Shown one piece after another: positions 61,401-64,000 of a stretch of DNA of 64,000 nucleotides. The first letter of the stretch is position 1, and each line of letters starts with the position of its first letter. This DNA is from Thermoanaerobaculia bacterium. Its GTDB lineage: Bacteria > Acidobacteriota > Thermoanaerobaculia > Multivoradales > UBA5704. Both the position numbers and the translations under genes were made by a program. The notes beneath the pieces are model-generated. The model did no database searches. It saw only the letters and a list, made by a program, of their open reading frames with translations, and had not been told where the DNA came from. The DNA lies in NCBI GenBank assembly GCA_035490435.1, contig DATHEF010000027.1:20193-84192 (forward strand). The letters run 5' to 3'.

Positions 61401-63174
61401 CCTCGCCCATGCCGCGGGCGGGGTCCCAGTTGAGCCCCGCGGCGTTGCCGACCAGGCGGTTGCTGGTGCCGTGCGTCAGCTCGTGAATCAGGACCTCGTT
61501 GTCGATGTCGCCGTCGCGGTCGATCGTCGGACCGGTGAAGCGGAACATCTGCGCCCGGCCCGAGGTGCCGTCCGGCGCGGTCGAGAAGTTGGCGTTGTTG
61601 GTCCCGGAGCCGTCCTGCGCGTCGGCGTTGACGCGATCGTTGCCGAGGCCCATGCCGCTGAAGTTGGTCTGCTGGAAGTTGGCGCTGGCCTCGTCGAAGC
61701 CGAGCTCGTAGAGCTGGTCGTGGTACCAGTTGGCGACGTAGAAGAGCGAGGTCACGATGCCCCGGCGAAAGCTGTTGTTGGCCGGCGTCGACGGGCTCGT
61801 ATCGAGGGGAGTGTTCGAAGCCGTCTGGCCGGCTTCGGGGTTCCCTCCCTGCGGAGGCGGCAGGAAGCCGGTCTCAAAATCGCGCGGCGCGGTACCCAGG
61901 AAGTCGCGGTTGCGCGTGTTGGCGTCCGGGTTGCCGGTTGGCCGGCCACCGCCATCGAGCACGCTGTTGACGTCCGAGTCGCAGATATTGGCGTTGGCGC
62001 CGCCGGTGCGGTCGAGGCAGGCCAGCACGTTGTTGCCCAGGGTCTGGCTCTCGTTGGCGGTGCAGACGCCGCCCGGGCAGTCGTTGATCCAGCCGTTCGG
62101 GCTGGCGATCGGATCGTAGGCGGTATGCATGCTGACGATCACCGGCGCGATCTCCGGGAACTGCGTGCCGGAGCCCGGCACGATCGTGCTCGGCGACTGC
62201 GGCGCCGGGCTGTCGGCCGGGGTCTTGCCGTCGGTCTGCACGTAGACCCGGAAGCGCGCGTCGTGGGCCGAGGCGTAATCGCGGATGTCCTTGCGCCAGA
62301 GCACGGCGCCGGTCTCGGCGTCGACCATGGCGTACCAGTCCTGGTCGCCGGTGGTGAACACGACCAGCGACCACGCCGGCACCAGCACGCCCGGAGAGAG
62401 CGGGAAGAGCACCTGGCGGGCGGTGACCGGCCCGGCGACGAACGGATCGTTCTCCGCCAGTTGGATCCGCCCGTCCGTCTCGGAGGCGACCGTGAAGGCG
62501 GCCGGAGCCGCGGTCTTGCCGTCGGCCTCGAGCAGCCGGCTGACCGCCGCGGCCGGGGTCAGGAGGTCCGCCGGCTTCACCACCGGCGCGAACGACCGCG
62601 CGTGCGGGACCATCAGGCCGACGCTCTTCAGCAACCGGCCCTCGCGGTCGAGGAGGAAGCGGGTCTCGCTCTGGAACACCGGCCGGCCGTCGATCTGCTG
62701 CTCCATCCGGAGCATGCGCAGCCCGCTCGCGCCGCCCGGGCTGTCGCCGAGGACGACGAGATCGGCGACGTCGGCAGGCGAGAGCCCGTAGAGGTTGCCG
62801 TTCTTGAGCAGGAAGTCGCGCACGATGGCCTCGCTGCTGAGGCCCGGCGCGGCGCCGGTCAGCGCTCCCCGCTTATTGACGACCTCGGCCGGGGCGCCGG
62901 TGTCGCCGGAGAGCTTCACCACGAGGCCGGGCAACGCGCGCTTGAGCTTCGCGGCCGCGGCGGTGATCTCCGCCGCCTGGCCGCGGAGCGCCGCCGGATT
63001 CGCGGCGGCCCGCTTGGAGGAGTCCTGAAGATTGACCCGGACGTCGACCATGCGGCCGAGCGGGGGTCTGCTTTTCATCGGTGGCGCCGTAATGGCCGCA
63101 AGGGGAAGAGCGCATACGAGTAGTACTAGGGCCAGGATGATGCGACGGCCTGAGCCGCCCCTGAGGTCAAACAA
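58480..63174 (-). CDS. Secreted M36 (fungalysin) metallopeptidase with FTP propeptide, three DUF11 repeats and IPTL-CTERM sorting signal
   Basis: Signal peptide; HELTHGTSNRL (HExxH) and EGWSDF (M36 signatures); three ~138-aa TKTVSGTF...TITITATVNAG repeats, two nearly identical at DNA level; C-terminal IPTLSEMGLMALGFFLLLAAWSTLRRRK. Confidence 0.8.
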   Translation of the reverse strand: MFDLRGGSGRRIILALVLLVCALPLAAITAPPMKSRPPLGRMVDVRVNLQDSSKRAAANPAALRGQAAEITAAAAKLKRALPGLVVKLSGDTGAPAEVVNKRGALTGAAPGLSSEAIVRDFLLKNGNLYGLSPADVADLVVLGDSPGGASGLRMLRMEQQIDGRPVFQSETRFLLDREGRLLKSVGLMVPHARSFAPVVKPADLLTPAAAVSRLLEADGKTAAPAAFTVASETDGRIQLAENDPFVAGPVTARQVLFPLSPGVLVPAWSLVVFTTGDQDWYAMVDAETGAVLWRKDIRDYASAHDARFRVYVQTDGKTPADSPAPQSPSTIVPGSGTQFPEIAPVIVSMHTAYDPIASPNGWINDCPGGVCTANESQTLGNNVLACLDRTGGANANICDSDVNSVLDGGGRPTGNPDANTRNRDFLGTAPRDFETGFLPPPQGGNPEAGQTASNTPLDTSPSTPANNSFRRGIVTSLFYVANWYHDQLYELGFDEASANFQQTNFSGMGLGNDRVNADAQDGSGTNNANFSTAPDGTSGRAQMFRFTGPTIDRDGDIDNEVLIHELTHGTSNRLVGNAAGLNWDPARGMGEGWSDFYALSLLNATNADDPNGHYGTGAYATYKFGGLAYFDNYIYGIRRFPYATDNTVNPLTWADVDDVTNDLSGGFSPPDPLGSNLGGAMEVHNSGEIWALSLWEVRSRVIADPAGANGDVPTGNQTMLQLVTDALKMTPVNPSFTDARDAVFDADCATNACANEASIWAGFADRGLGYGAQAPFTVQGRYLRSHEAVHESFLVPFLEVVDPLTDVTIDDSAANNNGAIDPGEPVKLTVKLTNPWRAASKAVASATATLSTSTPGVTIFDNSSTYGAIAPQGTATGDTFLITVDPSVVCGSAIDFTLTTTSSLGTSSTTFRVRMGARSGTDPVVTYTGDPNPDLVIADNRARGVFHQINVTDDFEIADVDFRVDSLTGPATGDMAVMLRSPGGVGTDLVALLDGLFDCGGPAITNMVIDDDVAAIATNDMVQATAAIAPYSKSWLPVYNSPWTVLVDPTRPADPIGSLSRYDGTSSKGTWSALAADMFSAAAGGCPAGNGSFNAWSMFVTPVHFVCAGFTGTVNVTATKTVTGTFQVGGTVTYTVTLTNSGTAAQADNAGNEFTDVLPAGLTLVSATATSGTAATAANTATWNGSLAPLGGSVTITITATVNAGAQGTTISNQGTVSYDANNDGTNEASNSTDDPSAGGASDPTIFVVGSAAISATKTVSGTFVAGSTVTYTIVISNTGSSASPDNAGNELTDTLPAGLTLVSANATSGTATTVASTVNWNGSIPAAGSVTITITATVNAGTAPGTTVSNQASIAFDADLNGTNESSGTSDDPSVGGANDPTTFTVGGATLSATKTVSGTFVAGSTVTYTIVISNTGSSASPDNAGNEFTDTLPAGLTLVSANATSGTATTVASTVNWNGSIPAAGSVTITITATINAGTAAGTTISNQGSVSYDADLDGSNETTVQTDSPAAAGAADPTTFVVVAGGVIPPIPTLSEMGLMALGFFLLLAAWSTLRRRKTAI

Positions 63175-63464
63175 CTTGCCACCTCCCGATTGGATGTGTA
63201 CAGGACTCTGATTACCGACTTTCTGGGGAGGCTACCATGATTCCACCCCGATCGTGGTCTCCGGCGCGTGGAACGACCGGAGCCCTGGCGGCTCCGGCAG
63301 ATCTCGGTCGCGACTGTCTCCAATTTGCCTCCGGCCAGCACAAAGAAGGGTAACCAGCTTACGACGAGCGGGCCCTGAACGATTCAGCGTATCTCTCTCG
63401 TCCGGTTTTCGGGCGGGATTTTACCTGTGGATCCTCGACCTCGAGGAGACTAAGGAGGTTTGCA

Positions 63465-64000
63465 TGAAGCGTATCGTATTGGTGGGTGTGATCGCGTCGG
63501 CGTTGGCGGCGATTCCAGGAATCGCCGCCCCACCGGACTTCTTCGCGGCGGGGCCGCAGGCCAATTCGGAGACAGTCGGCACGCCACGGGATCCGGGCGC
63601 GCGCGCCGCGGAGATGAAGGCGCTGCAGCAGCGGTTGACCGCCGGCCAGGTCGAGAAGGCGCTGGGCCGGCCGGTCGTGATCCAGCTCACCGCCGCCGAC
63701 CGCCACCAGATCAACGACGCCAACACCAGCCGCGCCCAGGGCAAGTACCTGGTCGGGGTGGCGAAGCCGGTGGGCACGACCATCAACTTCTCGCCCGCCC
63801 GCTCGCTCGACAAGAGAGTCGCCTCCCTGAGCGTGGGCGCCGCCCGCGGTACCGGCAGTGACGGCTTCGTCTGGACCGCCGCGGTGCAGGTCCCCGGCGC
63901 CAACGCCCTCCGTCTCCACCTGACCGGCGTCGACCTGCCGCGCGGAGCCGAGCTCTACGTCTACAACCGCTCGGGCCAGGCCTTCGGCCCCTACACCGGC
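63465..64000 (+). CDS. Secreted hypothetical protein, 3'-truncated by window edge
   Basis: AAGGAGG RBS 7 nt upstream of the ATG at 63465; signal peptide MKRIVLVGVIASALAAIPGIAAP; open to the window end. Confidence 0.55.

Noticed and set aside
58465-63123. 1552-aa plus-strand ORF
   Set aside because: Mirror-frame artefact antisense to the M36 peptidase gene. The R/G/A/D composition has no domain logic.

Overview
High-GC (~70%) chromosomal segment, probably from an Acidobacteria-type genome. The taxonomic hint is the FtsX-like duplicated permease at 24364-26781, which I recognise as the phylum-restricted ADOP type. Most of the window is housekeeping: a complete tolQ-tolR-tolA-tolB-pal-cpoB operon, rpsT, lptE-leuS, ribH-nusB, etfBA, murJ, a fused aspartokinase/diaminopimelate decarboxylase, ihfA plus a MerR regulator, and tRNA-Pro(GGG). 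Around these sit accessory blocks. (1) A RES-toxin / Xre-DUF2384 antitoxin pair; the toxin lies in the same frame as the antitoxin behind a single TGA and has no canonical start before its conserved Arg. (2) A ~1 kb low-GC islet (~50% GC) with a near-consensus leaderless promoter, a 61-aa ORF and a TIR-like/SLOG-fold protein, again in one frame separated by a single stop; this is a candidate defence or NAD-processing gene. (3) Two intergenic arrays of 21-bp tandem repeats (8 and 13 units) that share a GACTCTC core; the larger one is built from GACCCNNGGGTC palindromes immediately upstream of tol-pal. (4) A 7-bp AT-rich microsatellite inside the linker of a MASE1-PAS hybrid histidine kinase, a candidate frameshift switch. 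(5) An RsbQ-like hydrolase translationally coupled to a PAS hybrid kinase. (6) A 1564-aa secreted M36 (fungalysin) peptidase with three DUF11 repeats and an IPTL-CTERM sorting signal. (7) A non-phage tail-fibre-like protein with a Peptidase_S74 chaperone domain. (8) A GT4/GT2/GT39-like/SGNH glycan-modification cluster, an ECF-sigma/Ser-Thr-kinase pair, and a standalone MprF C-terminal (DUF2156) protein. No CRISPR array, transposase or integrase was seen. Many long ORFs in the six-frame track are antisense artefacts of the high GC content.
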